From positions 1,323 through 65,322 of the forward strand of contig CBDEUN010000002.1 in NCBI GenBank assembly GCA_965243305.1: a DNA stretch of 64,000 nucleotides, read 5' to 3'. How positions within the stretch are numbered: the stretch's first letter is position 1; each line of letters begins with the position of its first letter. Below, piece by piece: positions 29,833 through 39,606 of this stretch. The translations under genes and the position numbers were made by a program. The notes beneath the pieces were generated by a model, which was not told the origin of the DNA, did not search any database, and saw nothing but the letters and a program-made list of their open reading frames with translations. Origin of the DNA: Arenicellales bacterium. Lineage in GTDB: Bacteria; Pseudomonadota; Gammaproteobacteria; Arenicellales; JAJDZL01.

Positions 29833-31317
29833 TCAATTTGACTCCAGCGCTTCCGTTCCAAACGCTTCGACTGCATCCAATGTTTCCTTCACATCTTCCC
29901 ATGCGGTAGTGAAGTTAACAATGCAAATTCGTAAGGCGAACTTTCCGCCTACCATCGTCGACGACATAAATGCATGATCGTCCCAGAACACACGAACCAG
30001 AATACTACGGTTAATTTTTTCAATTTCAGATTCACTCAAGTTTAAATTCTCAGGATTGAATCGAAAACACACAACACTCAATACTACGGGACTGAGGAGC
30101 TGCAGGCTGGAACTACTTTGAACGCAATGCTGTGCTTTTTCTGCTAGTGCGAAACATTGCTCAATTGAGTCTCTAAACGCTTTCATCCCAAAAATTTGAA
30201 CCGACATCCAAATCTTGAACGCTCGAAACGTTCGACTTAACTGTACACCGCGGTTGGCTAAATTCGGGTGATCTTTACCCCAAACCGTATCCTGGAGAAC
30301 ATCAGAACGCATGCTGTAAACACTTTCCAGACTCTGTAAGTCCTTGACAATCAGGCATCCAACTTCATAAGGCTGGAACAACCATTTGTGAGCATCCAGC
30401 GTGATTGAATCAGCGCGTTCAATCCCTTTCAGGAGCTCTTTGCCTCGCTTTGTAATACAGGCGAAACCTCCATACGCGGCATCAACATGAAACCATAAAT
30501 TCTGTGACTCGCAAAAGTCGGCAATCCAATCTAATGAATCGATTGCACCCGTCGATGTAGTACCTGCATTGGCACTTACTAGCACAGGCTGAAATCCGTT
30601 TTCGACATCTTCAGCAACCGTCTCGGCCAACTTGTTAATATCGATCGTTTGTTTATCATCGCTGGGAATTTTCTTGATGTTCTCAGCTGAGATTCCAATC
30701 ACTCGAGCCGCGCGAATGATTGATTGATGAGTCTGATCACTCATATAAACAGTTGCCCGCGACGGATTATCGGCATATTCTCTAGCAGCAACGAATGCTT
30801 CGACGGTTGCTGCAGAACTTCCGCTGGTCAGAAGCCCACCTGCCGTGTCTGGATAACCAAGCCACTGTCTGATCCATTCAATGACAGTCAGTTCAATTTG
30901 ACTTGGGCCGCTGGCCACTAGCCACGTACAAACATTCGAGTTCATCCCTGAAGCCAAGAAGTCAGCGATTACACTTGGCCAAGTTGGTGAAGAAGAAACA
31001 AACCCAAAACACTTTGGATGGGCAAGATTCAATTCGTTAGGAAAAATATTTTGGATTGCCTGTTCCAATACTTCATCGATGATTTGACCATCTTCAGGAG
31101 GATCGGTCATAAAAATTTTAGCTAAACCATCACTGAATTCACCATCCCAAGCATCTTGCGACGCATAGTTCAGGTTGTGGTCTACCAAAATTTCTGACGC
31201 CTTATTTGACAGATTGAGCATTTCTTCGCGAGTCATGCTCAGTGGTGAAGTGTTTTTAGATTTTTTATTTGCGATTGGGGTTGTTTTAGCCATTAAGTCG
31301 TTACCAAGGGAAGTCAA
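29833..31317 (-). CDS. Group II pyridoxal-dependent decarboxylase
   Basis: 494 aa with the PLP-lysine motif SITLDAHKWLFQPYEVG and HVDAAYGG. Confidence 0.85.
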   Translation of the reverse strand: MTSLGNDLMAKTTPIANKKSKNTSPLSMTREEMLNLSNKASEILVDHNLNYASQDAWDGEFSDGLAKIFMTDPPEDGQIIDEVLEQAIQNIFPNELNLAHPKCFGFVSSSPTWPSVIADFLASGMNSNVCTWLVASGPSQIELTVIEWIRQWLGYPDTAGGLLTSGSSAATVEAFVAAREYADNPSRATVYMSDQTHQSIIRAARVIGISAENIKKIPSDDKQTIDINKLAETVAEDVENGFQPVLVSANAGTTSTGAIDSLDWIADFCESQNLWFHVDAAYGGFACITKRGKELLKGIERADSITLDAHKWLFQPYEVGCLIVKDLQSLESVYSMRSDVLQDTVWGKDHPNLANRGVQLSRTFRAFKIWMSVQIFGMKAFRDSIEQCFALAEKAQHCVQSSSSLQLLSPVVLSVVCFRFNPENLNLSESEIEKINRSILVRVFWDDHAFMSSTMVGGKFALRICIVNFTTAWEDVKETLDAVEAFGTEALESN

Positions 31318-31549
31318 TCCAATATAAATTTAATGCAAACTACTTAGTGAAACAAGCAGCACCTACCAGACAGCGCCAACTCCTTTAGTGGTTAGAATGA
31401 AACACATGAGTCAAATAGACTTTCATTCGATATTGGAATCAGTTAAACCTATCGGGGTTTGTGAATAATTTGACGTTTGTTAATCTATATCACATATCTG
31501 ATAATTTCGTAGGGACGCATGTCAATTGATTTGCACCAGATCTTTCCAG

Positions 31550-32317
31550 TTAACGGGGTTGCATGCGAATCGCACCATCCAACCGAATAACTTCGCCGTT
31601 TAGAAGTTGGTTTTCCAGTATGTGTTTGACAAGCTGCGCAAATTCATCCGGACTTCCAAGACGTTTAGGAAACGGCACCTGATTGGCTAGGCTCTGTTGA
31701 ACCTCATCTGGCATCCCAAATAGCATTGGTGTAGCGATCAGACCCGGAGCAATGGTCATTACACGAATGCCGGCACTCGACAGTTCTCTAGCTGCCTGAA
31801 TGGTTAATGCGACGATCGCACCTTTCGAGGAACTGTAGGCTGCCTGCCCAATCTGACCCTCAAACGCAGAAACCGAGGCAACGTTTACGATCACTCCGCG
31901 CTCCCCCGCTTCATCGAGCGGTGCTTCATTCCTTAGAGCAGCGGCCATCACTCGAATCGCATTGAAAGTACCAATCAGATTCACATCAATGACCCGCTTG
32001 AAATCTTCCAAAGGCATCGCTCCATCACGACCGACAATGCGTTTCGCAGGTGCGATTCCAGCGCAGTTCACTAGTATTCTGGCAACTCCATTGACTGATT
32101 CTGCTTCAGCAATTGCATCTTCCATACTCCCTGCCTGCGTTACATCGCACGGTAGTGCCAATGCGCCAATTTGATCAGCAGTCCATTTGATTTTCGCCTC
32201 ATCGATATCCAACATACTGACGTTTGCACCGAGATCAGCCAGTAAACGTGCAGTCGCTTCACCCATTCCGGAACCGGCACCGGTCACCAGAGCCGGTTGA
32301 CCTTCAATTTTCATCAA
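31550..32317 (-). CDS. Short-chain dehydrogenase/reductase (3-hydroxyacyl-CoA dehydrogenase type-2-like)
   Basis: 255 aa with TGAGSGMG cofactor binding, the catalytic YSSSK and high similarity in pattern to HSD10-type SDRs. Confidence 0.8.
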   Translation of the reverse strand: MMKIEGQPALVTGAGSGMGEATARLLADLGANVSMLDIDEAKIKWTADQIGALALPCDVTQAGSMEDAIAEAESVNGVARILVNCAGIAPAKRIVGRDGAMPLEDFKRVIDVNLIGTFNAIRVMAAALRNEAPLDEAGERGVIVNVASVSAFEGQIGQAAYSSSKGAIVALTIQAARELSSAGIRVMTIAPGLIATPMLFGMPDEVQQSLANQVPFPKRLGSPDEFAQLVKHILENQLLNGEVIRLDGAIRMQPR

Positions 32318-32548
32318 AAACCTCGAATCAGTTGAAATTTGGAATCAAACATAGTGAACTCGCGATTTATATAGCACGAACGACAGTTTCACGAACAAAA
32401 CAGTCTGAATTGGAGCCGATACTTCATTCAATATGCGACCATCTGACCTCGTTTTGAAAATATGAAATTTTTCAATTTGTGTATACTTGAGTTGAATGCT
32501 GAACATAGTGCATATTGCTTATTCACTACACCAACTTAGAGATTCGTT

Positions 32549-33181
32549 ATGCAGGAATTGAATTCTCTAGCAGATGAAATAGTCAAGCCAGGTGAAGGTT
32601 GGGAAAAGGTCATTCGACCATTACAAATTTTGAGGATAACCGACTTGGAAGGACAGCAGGGTGTCGATTTCCTGTGCTACAACGCTGATAATCCCGAAGA
32701 GCGATATCACGCACCAAATACAATCAAAGCCGCACAAAGCATACACATCACCAAGGGATCTGTCCTTTATTCAGATTACGCCAATCCATTAATGACAGTG
32801 GTGGAGGACACCACTCCTGGTGGACACGATACGATCGCTGGCTGTTGCTCAAGTTGGAGTAATGAGATGTTGTACGGCGTGCCAAATGCGCCAGGTTGCC
32901 GGGAAAATTTTCTTGACGCACTATCCAAGCATGGGTTGGGCTGGACCGATATTGTGCCAAACATAAACTTTTTCTGCTCAGTGCCTGTTCACGAAAATGG
33001 CAGTACAGAAGAATCGGTTTTTGTTAACGGTAACTCTGCTGCTGGCGACTATATAGAATTGCGCGCCGAAACTAATGTTTTGGCAGTCATTTCCAATTGC
33101 CCTCAGGTGAACAATCCATGCAATAGCGGCAATCCGACTGAGATCCGTATTCAAGTTTTTTCACCGCATTCAATTGCCTGA
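32549..33181 (+). CDS. DUF1989 (urea-carboxylase-associated family) protein
   Basis: 210 aa. The motifs as I remember them from DUF1989: HDTIAGCCS, CRENF, NFF. Confidence 0.65.
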   Translation: MQELNSLADEIVKPGEGWEKVIRPLQILRITDLEGQQGVDFLCYNADNPEERYHAPNTIKAAQSIHITKGSVLYSDYANPLMTVVEDTTPGGHDTIAGCCSSWSNEMLYGVPNAPGCRENFLDALSKHGLGWTDIVPNINFFCSVPVHENGSTEESVFVNGNSAAGDYIELRAETNVLAVISNCPQVNNPCNSGNPTEIRIQVFSPHSIA

Positions 33182-33310
33182 TCTTGAATACAATACACGC
33201 GACCTTTGGTGGTTTGAATATAGACTAGTCATTGCGACTGAGATGACCGAATCTGTACTCAATTCACTACCCACCCACCCTATTCCATACTTCCTGATGA
33301 GTTTACCCGA

Positions 33311-34942
33311 ATGACTGTAGAAAGGGATTCACTTGAATATGACGTTGTCATTGTTGGAGCTGGACCAGCTGGTCTGACAGCTGGAATCAGGCTTCGCCAA
33401 TTGTGTGAAGAACATGGTAAAGATCTGAGTGTCTGCATTCTTGAGAAGGGTTCCGAAGTCGGCGCACACATCCTGTCAGGCGCAGTTTTGCAGCCGACTA
33501 CCCTCAATGAACTGATTCCGGACTGGAAAGACAAGGGTGCGCCCGTGAACACACCGGTAACGGATGACAAATTTGTTTTACTGACGAAAAAGTCTGCAAT
33601 TCGCATGCCGACTCCGCCACAAATGAATAATCATGGAAATTACATCATTTCCTTGGGCAATTTGTGCCGTTGGCTTGGTGAACAAGCCGAACAGATTGGA
33701 GTTGACATATTCCCTGGATATGCCGCTTCGGAAGTTTTGTACGATGGAGAAAAAGTTATGGGAGTTGCATCTGGGGACATGGGTGTTGGTCGGGATGGCG
33801 AGCCCACCGCAATGTTCATGCCAGGTGCAGAACTTCATGCAAAGTACACTCTATTTGCCGAGGGCTGCCGAGGTTCTCTAACGAAAACGCTATTCGAACG
33901 CTACTCTCTTCGGGAAAATGTTGACCCGCAAACTTTCGGGATTGGGATTAAGGAATTGTGGGAAGTCGACGAAAGCAAACACAAACTGGGTACAGTCTGG
34001 CACAGTATCGGGTGGCCTTTGGACCGAAACACGTACGGCGGTTCATTCCTGTACCACCTGGAAGACAATCAGGTTTCAATAGGGTTTGTCGTCGGACTTG
34101 ACTATCAGAATCCCCACTTGAGTCCATTTGAAGAGTTTCAGCGATTTAAACTTCATCCGACAGTCAAACCGATTCTGGAAGGCGGACGACGTATTGCTTA
34201 TGGAGCGCGCGCATTGAATGAAGGTGGATATCAATCCATTCCCAAATTAACGTTTCCAGGCGGTGCACTGATTGGTGATAGCGCTGGGTTCTTAAATACT
34301 CCGAAAATTAAAGGCACACATACAGCAATGAAATCTGCCATGACAGCCGCTGAAGCGACCTTTGAATTCTTGATGTCAGGATCACCCGGTGAACAACCCG
34401 ATTATGAGGATAGGCTCAAGAATACGTGGCTTTGGGATGAACTTTACAGAGCGAGAAATATTCGACCTTCGTTTCAGAAAGGAATGTGGGCGGGGCTGAT
34501 GTACTCTGGAATTGACACTTACCTGTTACGTGGACGAGCTCCTTGGACTTTTCATCATCATGAAGACCACAAGAGCCTTAAAAAAGCCAGCGATTGCAAG
34601 CAAATTGAATATCCGAAACCCGATGGTGAGATCAGTTTCGACCGGAATTCTTCAGTCTTTTTGTCGAACACGAATCACGAGGAAAACCAACCCGTTCACC
34701 TGACTCTCAAGAATGATCAGGTGCCGATTGAGATTAATTTAAAGGACTACGACGCACCTGAGCAGCGCTACTGCCCAGCCGGAGTCTATGAGATCATCCA
34801 AGATCAGGATGAAGATCCGCGACTTGTGATTAATGCACAAAATTGTGTGCACTGTAAAACTTGTGACATCAAGGATATAACTCAAAATATCAACTGGGTT
34901 GTGCCCGAAGGCGGCGGTGGTCCGAATTACCCGAATATGTAG
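33311..34942 (+). CDS. Electron-transfer flavoprotein:ubiquinone oxidoreductase
   Basis: 543 aa with [15 protein letters not shown] binding and a C-terminal 4Fe-4S motif CPAGVY...[11 protein letters not shown]. Confidence 0.9.
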   Translation: MTVERDSLEYDVVIVGAGPAGLTAGIRLRQLCEEHGKDLSVCILEKGSEVGAHILSGAVLQPTTLNELIPDWKDKGAPVNTPVTDDKFVLLTKKSAIRMPTPPQMNNHGNYIISLGNLCRWLGEQAEQIGVDIFPGYAASEVLYDGEKVMGVASGDMGVGRDGEPTAMFMPGAELHAKYTLFAEGCRGSLTKTLFERYSLRENVDPQTFGIGIKELWEVDESKHKLGTVWHSIGWPLDRNTYGGSFLYHLEDNQVSIGFVVGLDYQNPHLSPFEEFQRFKLHPTVKPILEGGRRIAYGARALNEGGYQSIPKLTFPGGALIGDSAGFLNTPKIKGTHTAMKSAMTAAEATFEFLMSGSPGEQPDYEDRLKNTWLWDELYRARNIRPSFQKGMWAGLMYSGIDTYLLRGRAPWTFHHHEDHKSLKKASDCKQIEYPKPDGEISFDRNSSVFLSNTNHEENQPVHLTLKNDQVPIEINLKDYDAPEQRYCPAGVYEIIQDQDEDPRLVINAQNCVHCKTCDIKDITQNINWVVPEGGGGPNYPNM

Positions 34943-35022
34943 AACTCAGTTATTGCGACCGACCTGGAGTCTGTTTATTGCCGAAATCAACTCATTAAAA
35001 CCCGAGTGAACAGGCCACTGGT

Positions 35023-35184
35023 ATGAATGAAAAACTGTCAACCAAGCTCGGATTGTGGCTGTGTCGAATCGGATTTCACAAGTATCGAATAGTTGAGGTC
35101 AAGTTTGGCTTTGGTACGGCCGGAAAGGTCGAAACTGTCGAGTGTGAACGTTGCGGTGAAGTCACAACTCGTAGAGCAAAGTAG
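35023..35184 (+). CDS. Small hypothetical protein with a Cys pair (zinc-ribbon-like; DUF1660-like by memory)
   Basis: My own translation: MNEKLSTKLGLWLCRIGFHKYRIVEVKFGFGTAGKVETVECERCGEVTTRRAK (53 aa, below the track cutoff). No strong RBS was seen. Confidence 0.3.
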   Translation: MNEKLSTKLGLWLCRIGFHKYRIVEVKFGFGTAGKVETVECERCGEVTTRRAK

Positions 35185-35264
35185 TTTTAATTTCTGGTGG
35201 TCTATTAGGAATAATTCGATTCGGCTATAGCTTCGTCTGTCCTCACCACAAAGTGCAGTAGTTT

Positions 35265-36375
35265 AGAAGACTGACCGCTCTGCGCTTTTCCAAGTCTGCC
35301 AGTTCACATCCCCCAGATCGTCACGCACCGTTCTCCAACCATCTCATCTCGGCTGAATATCTTCTCCTTCCAAGTCCGCTTCTCCGACCTGTCGAAAATG
35401 ATCAGATGGCCTTCATCAGTGCCGCAGCCATCCATGTACTTCTCAATTTGCGCCAGTCCCTCACGCACCGTGCGCTCCAAGCCACCGCGCCGCAGTTTGC
35501 ACTCAATTACCGCCTTCTGCATCCCGCTTCCCTGTCCCCACACCACAAGCAGATCGGTGCGGCCGCGGCCAATGCCATACTCCCGCTCAATACGACCACC
35601 CGCATTGACCACCCGCTGCAGAAACGCTTGTAGCAGCAATTGCGGCCCCGCCTCCTGATAGTCAAACCGCTTTAGCCAGTTTTTGGAATGCTCCCGGAAA
35701 AACTCCTGAAACGCCTTCATCAGACGGTTCATGACAAGCATTCCATCTTCAACGAACAAGACTGTTTCTAACGGTAGGAACTCGTCATGGGCATTCAGCA
35801 GTTCGCGCGGAATCATTTCACGGTAAATAGGATTGGCAATCTCAACTTTCGGTTCCAGCCTGACCAACCCTAGATCATGGCTGTATTGCAAATCATCCAC
35901 TCTCAGCGCCTCACTGCCAGACTCACCACTCAGCAGAGGCTCAATCACCCGCCTGACCCGATCCTCCCGCAGCTTGTCTGCCAGCTGGTCAAGGTGCGTG
36001 TCGCACCGCCGAATCAGCACCTCTCGGGCAGAAAAAATATCATCAGCCTCAATCGTCTGGCCGCGGTTCGTGATTGTGTCGGTGACTTCAGCAGCAAGCG
36101 CATTGACCAGCCACGGCTGCCCGCGGGTTGAGCGCCAGACTTCTGCTAGGGCCTCACCGCTCCACGCCTGCTCGGTGTCTTCGGTGTGCTGCTCAAGCAG
36201 CGCACGAGTCGTCAGCAACGTCAGTGCTAAGACGACTGCTGTGATCAGGTGACCAATCAGAAAATGGAGCAGTTCCCTGTGTAGACTCTGACCTCCTGAC
36301 AATCAGCCAGGATCACGACGTCATCGGGACTCGACATCATGAATCCTTCCAAATTGAACCCCGAAACTTGAGATT
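35265..36375. repeat. Diverged direct repeat, copy 1 (deletion derivative) of the ATPase-nuclease gene unit
   Basis: It aligns with 39607..41445. There are 12 mismatches in the first 123 nt after the stop codons. Homology is lost at about 36216 and resumes at about 36255, corresponding to about 40553 and about 41310 in copy 2. Confidence 0.75.
35304..36302 (-). pseudogene. N-terminally deleted paralog of the AAA-like ATPase/PD-(D/E)XK nuclease gene (the P-loop domain is missing)
   Basis: The 332-aa ORF aligns, from EQHTEDTEQAWSGEALAEVW onward, with residues from about 220 onward of the 521-aa protein at 39646..41211. Its first ~35 residues are unrelated filler (a hydrophobic read-through). 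It retains GRGRTDLLVVW...AVIECKL. Confidence 0.7.
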
Positions 36376-36439
36376 CTTTCATCTCCTGAATTAAATTCGG
36401 GTGGAATACTTAAATTTTGATTTTTTTTCAATTTTAGGC

Positions 36440-36483
36440 TTGACTTTTATACTGTCTACTGTATTATTACACTAATACAGTAG
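36440..36483 (+). promoter_or_regulatory. Putative promoter (TTGACT at 36440) with an overlapping 11-bp inverted-repeat operator candidate
   Basis: CTACTGTATTA-ttacac-TAATACAGTAG (36456..36466 and 36473..36483), 33 nt upstream of the ABC ATPase start. It has the GT...AC core typical of GntR-family operators. Confidence 0.4.
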
Positions 36484-36515
36484 AAGCAATCACCACCTAA
36501 AACAAGATCGGAATA

Positions 36516-37364
36516 ATGATTGAATTTGAAAACATACAGTTCGGTTACAAAAAGAAAACTCTTTTTAGTGAGATGGGTTTTGCACTTGAATCAGGCCAAA
36601 TTTACGGCCTGCTAGGACTCAACGGTGCGGGCAAGTCAACTTTACTGCGATTACTCAGTGGGTTGCTCTTCCCTCACGAAGGCAGTATCCGTGTACTCGG
36701 TTATGACCCTGTTCAACGGATTCCAAGTATGCTCTCCGAAATTTACATGCTCCCAGAAACACTTTACTTGCCCACAATCACGGATAAGCACTTTGTTTCA
36801 CGAACGGCTCGCTTTTATCCGAATTTTGATTTCAGTTATTTGGAAAGTCTACTTGAAGAGATGTCTGTACCTCGTGGGCAGATACTGGCTAGTCTGTCGC
36901 TTGGTGAAAAAAAGAAATTTCATCTGGCATTCGGACTCGCCTGTAAACCATCCATCATGATTCTGGATGAGCCTACCAACGGCTTGGACATACCTTCAAA
37001 GGGACAATTTCGGAAAATTGTTGCTGAAGCTCTGACTGAGGACAGGATTTTAATTATCGCAACTCATCAAGTGAAAGATATCGAACTACTAATCGATAAC
37101 GTTCTGATCCTGCACGAAGGTACCTTTATCTGCAATCAAAGCCTCTCTCGTATTTCATCAGCACTTCGAATCAGTCAGGAGACTAGCCGACCGGACTCAG
37201 ACTCGGAGAGACTGTTGTACACAGAACCAAGTTTGGGTGGTTACTCAGCTGTATGGGGTGATACAGAAACAAATGGCGAGCACCAAGACCTCGAACTTCT
37301 GTTTAAGGCGGCCATTACGAATCCTGAAAAATTTACCCAGTTCACTAGTGGGGTCCATAAATGA
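36516..37364 (+). CDS. ABC transporter ATP-binding protein
   Basis: 282 aa with Walker A GLNGAGKST, signature LSLGEKKK and Walker B IMILDEPTNGLD. Confidence 0.85.
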   Translation: MIEFENIQFGYKKKTLFSEMGFALESGQIYGLLGLNGAGKSTLLRLLSGLLFPHEGSIRVLGYDPVQRIPSMLSEIYMLPETLYLPTITDKHFVSRTARFYPNFDFSYLESLLEEMSVPRGQILASLSLGEKKKFHLAFGLACKPSIMILDEPTNGLDIPSKGQFRKIVAEALTEDRILIIATHQVKDIELLIDNVLILHEGTFICNQSLSRISSALRISQETSRPDSDSERLLYTEPSLGGYSAVWGDTETNGEHQDLELLFKAAITNPEKFTQFTSGVHK

Positions 37365-38224
37365 TGACATCATCCTTTTCAGTGTATAGACTCTGGTCAC
37401 TGATGCGCGCTGACTTTCTTGCAGAAAGGCGTGCTCTCATTTGGATTACAGTAGTATTGAGTTTTATTGTGCTACTGTGGTCTCTGAAACAAATTGAATG
37501 GGAGTACGTGGACTATGCTATGCATGACGATCTCTATAGTTCAATGCATCAAAAACTTTATGGGTACGCTCTCTTTATTTTGGGAATCTTTGCAACCAGC
37601 CGATCTTTCCGTGCTGTACACGATCCAACTCGAAATGAAGCATATCTGTTACTGCCCGCTTCGTCTCTCGAAAAATTTTTCGCACGACTTCTACCCGTAA
37701 CTTTAGCAATTGGATTTTTCCTGCCCATTTTTCTGTTTGCGCTAACCGCCATCATTGAGTCATTCAGTATGGTCATTTCTGGAACCAGGCGTCCGATATT
37801 CAATCCCCTCGATTCAGGAATCTGGAAGATATACGGATACTACATCGTCATTCAGGCACCATTTTTCCTTGGTGCGATCTGGTTCAGACGATTTAATCTT
37901 CTTATCACGAGTTTCGTCATCTTTCTGTTTCATTTGCTATTGGTAACCACGATTCTGATCACCGCTCGCATCACCATCGGTGCCACTAAATGGCAGCATC
38001 TGCGCGGACAGAACATTCAACAAGACCCGTACACAGGAACTTTTAATCATTTTGATTTCATGCACTTCGGGATAGCGCACGACTCTTTCCATCAACTGTT
38101 AGCTGCCAACTGGAGTTTTCTTGCTACGGTCTTCTGGGTAGTGATTGCACTACTTCCACCTGTTCTATGGTGGATCGCGTGGCTCCGACTAAAAGAGGTT
38201 CAGGTAGATCATGGAGTTCAGTGA
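37361..38224 (+). CDS. Hypothetical polytopic membrane protein (candidate permease partner)
   Basis: 287 aa with about 6 hydrophobic segments. Its start overlaps the ATPase stop (ATGA). Confidence 0.6.
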   Translation: MMTSSFSVYRLWSLMRADFLAERRALIWITVVLSFIVLLWSLKQIEWEYVDYAMHDDLYSSMHQKLYGYALFILGIFATSRSFRAVHDPTRNEAYLLLPASSLEKFFARLLPVTLAIGFFLPIFLFALTAIIESFSMVISGTRRPIFNPLDSGIWKIYGYYIVIQAPFFLGAIWFRRFNLLITSFVIFLFHLLLVTTILITARITIGATKWQHLRGQNIQQDPYTGTFNHFDFMHFGIAHDSFHQLLAANWSFLATVFWVVIALLPPVLWWIAWLRLKEVQVDHGVQ

Positions 38225-38597
38225 TCCCAAAGGAATTTATCAACAAATTGCAGACCGAATTCAGGAACAGATTCTGCAAGGCATCTGGGTCGCAGGTGAC
38301 CAGGTTCCATCCGTGAGGGAGATGGCAGTGGAGTTGGGCGTCAATCCAAATACAGTTGCCCGAAGCTACCAAACTTTGGTAGAGCTTCGAATTCTGGAAA
38401 ACCAACGAGGGAGAGGATTTTTTGTAACTGAGGAAGCTGTTTCAAGCATTGTTCACACTTTGAGAAATGAATTTTTGGATAAGGATCTTCCAAAGATTAT
38501 CAAGACTATGCAATTGCTTAGCATAGGGCCTGAAGAAATTGCAATTCACTTTCATGACAACGAAACCAATTCCGAAGAGGATACCGATGAAACGTAA
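38211..38597 (+). CDS. GntR-family transcriptional regulator, YtrA subfamily (short C-terminal domain)
   Basis: 128 aa. The winged-helix motif is QVPSVREMAVELGVNPNTVARSYQTLVELRILENQRGRGFFV, and the short length is typical of YtrA-type regulators. Confidence 0.85.
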   Translation: MEFSDPKGIYQQIADRIQEQILQGIWVAGDQVPSVREMAVELGVNPNTVARSYQTLVELRILENQRGRGFFVTEEAVSSIVHTLRNEFLDKDLPKIIKTMQLLSIGPEEIAIHFHDNETNSEEDTDET

Positions 38598-39309
38598 ATT
38601 TAGAACCAGTCAAATCGCCTTATATTCGGTGCTTGGATTTCTGATTCTTTTGACAATTGTTTTGTCCATTTCAATTCTCAAGGGGAATTTACTTGCATAT
38701 CAATCAAAAGCGTCTCATGTTTTGGATGATGAGTATAGGGTAGTAAAAAATTTGAGCCTACGAGACATTGAAGAAATTGAAATTGAGGGCAGATGGATCA
38801 TTGATCTTAAACAGAGTGAAGAATGGAAAGTGGAAATTTCCTTCCCGAAAAACACTGAACACTTATTGAAACATGGTCAGCGAAACAATCGCTTTAAATT
38901 GGAGTACGATCCACCAGGCTTTGGCTCTAGAAAATATTCTGTAGCGGTCATTTCCATTCCTACACTGACGGCACTGGCATTAACTGGGAAAAATTCTTTG
39001 AACATCAACAAATTTGAAGGAGAAAGAATTGATTTTTCGATTACGGGAAGAAATGTAATCAAAGGTAATGGAGGGCGATTTGACACACTGGTTCTAAGCG
39101 CGCTTGGAAACAACCATGTCGATCTGGAATCAGTTCCAACTAAGAACGCTTATGTCAACAATACTGGAAAATCGAAAACCGTTCTTTCCATGGATGGCGG
39201 CAAACTTTCTGGCTCTTTAACTGGCGCCTCGATTCTTGACTACTACGGGACTACAACAGAAAATTCTGTCAAGGTGACTGGTAAGGCGAGAGTCAATGAT
39301 CTCGATTGA
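38587..39309 (+). CDS. Membrane-anchored protein, DUF2807/GIN-domain-like (beta-helical repeats)
   Basis: The track ORF starts at 38539. I prefer ATG 38587 (MKRKFRTSQIALYSVLGFLILL, a TM anchor), which overlaps the GntR stop. The C-terminal repeated xTGxNxI/LxG segments resemble DUF2807. Confidence 0.5.
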   Translation: MKRKFRTSQIALYSVLGFLILLTIVLSISILKGNLLAYQSKASHVLDDEYRVVKNLSLRDIEEIEIEGRWIIDLKQSEEWKVEISFPKNTEHLLKHGQRNNRFKLEYDPPGFGSRKYSVAVISIPTLTALALTGKNSLNINKFEGERIDFSITGRNVIKGNGGRFDTLVLSALGNNHVDLESVPTKNAYVNNTGKSKTVLSMDGGKLSGSLTGASILDYYGTTTENSVKVTGKARVNDLD

Positions 39310-39561
39310 ACAGTTTTCGGTTTGCTTCACTTAGTGCTGTTGCATTTACTTTTTAGGAAATACTGTTACAAACTCAAATTTCGGGAGTCGATTTTGTCAG
39401 AATTAATGAGATAAGTGAATGATGTAAAAGTAATAGAACCTCCCTCAGAGTGCAATTTACAAATCGAGACTCAAAACCAGAGTATTTCGAAACACATTTC
39501 AAAAAACAACCTCCTGCGAATAGAACAGCATGCTTACCGACATTTGACTGCCTAATTCGTT

Positions 39562-39598
39562 CAGCTTCAGCATCCGTCCGCCGTCGATTCTGAAGCTG
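39562..39598. other. Hairpin just downstream of the full-length ATPase-nuclease gene
   Basis: CAGCTTCAG ... CTGAAGCTG: a 9-bp perfect stem with a 19-nt loop and no clear T-tract. Confidence 0.3.
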
Positions 39599-39606
39599 GC
39601 ACTCGA

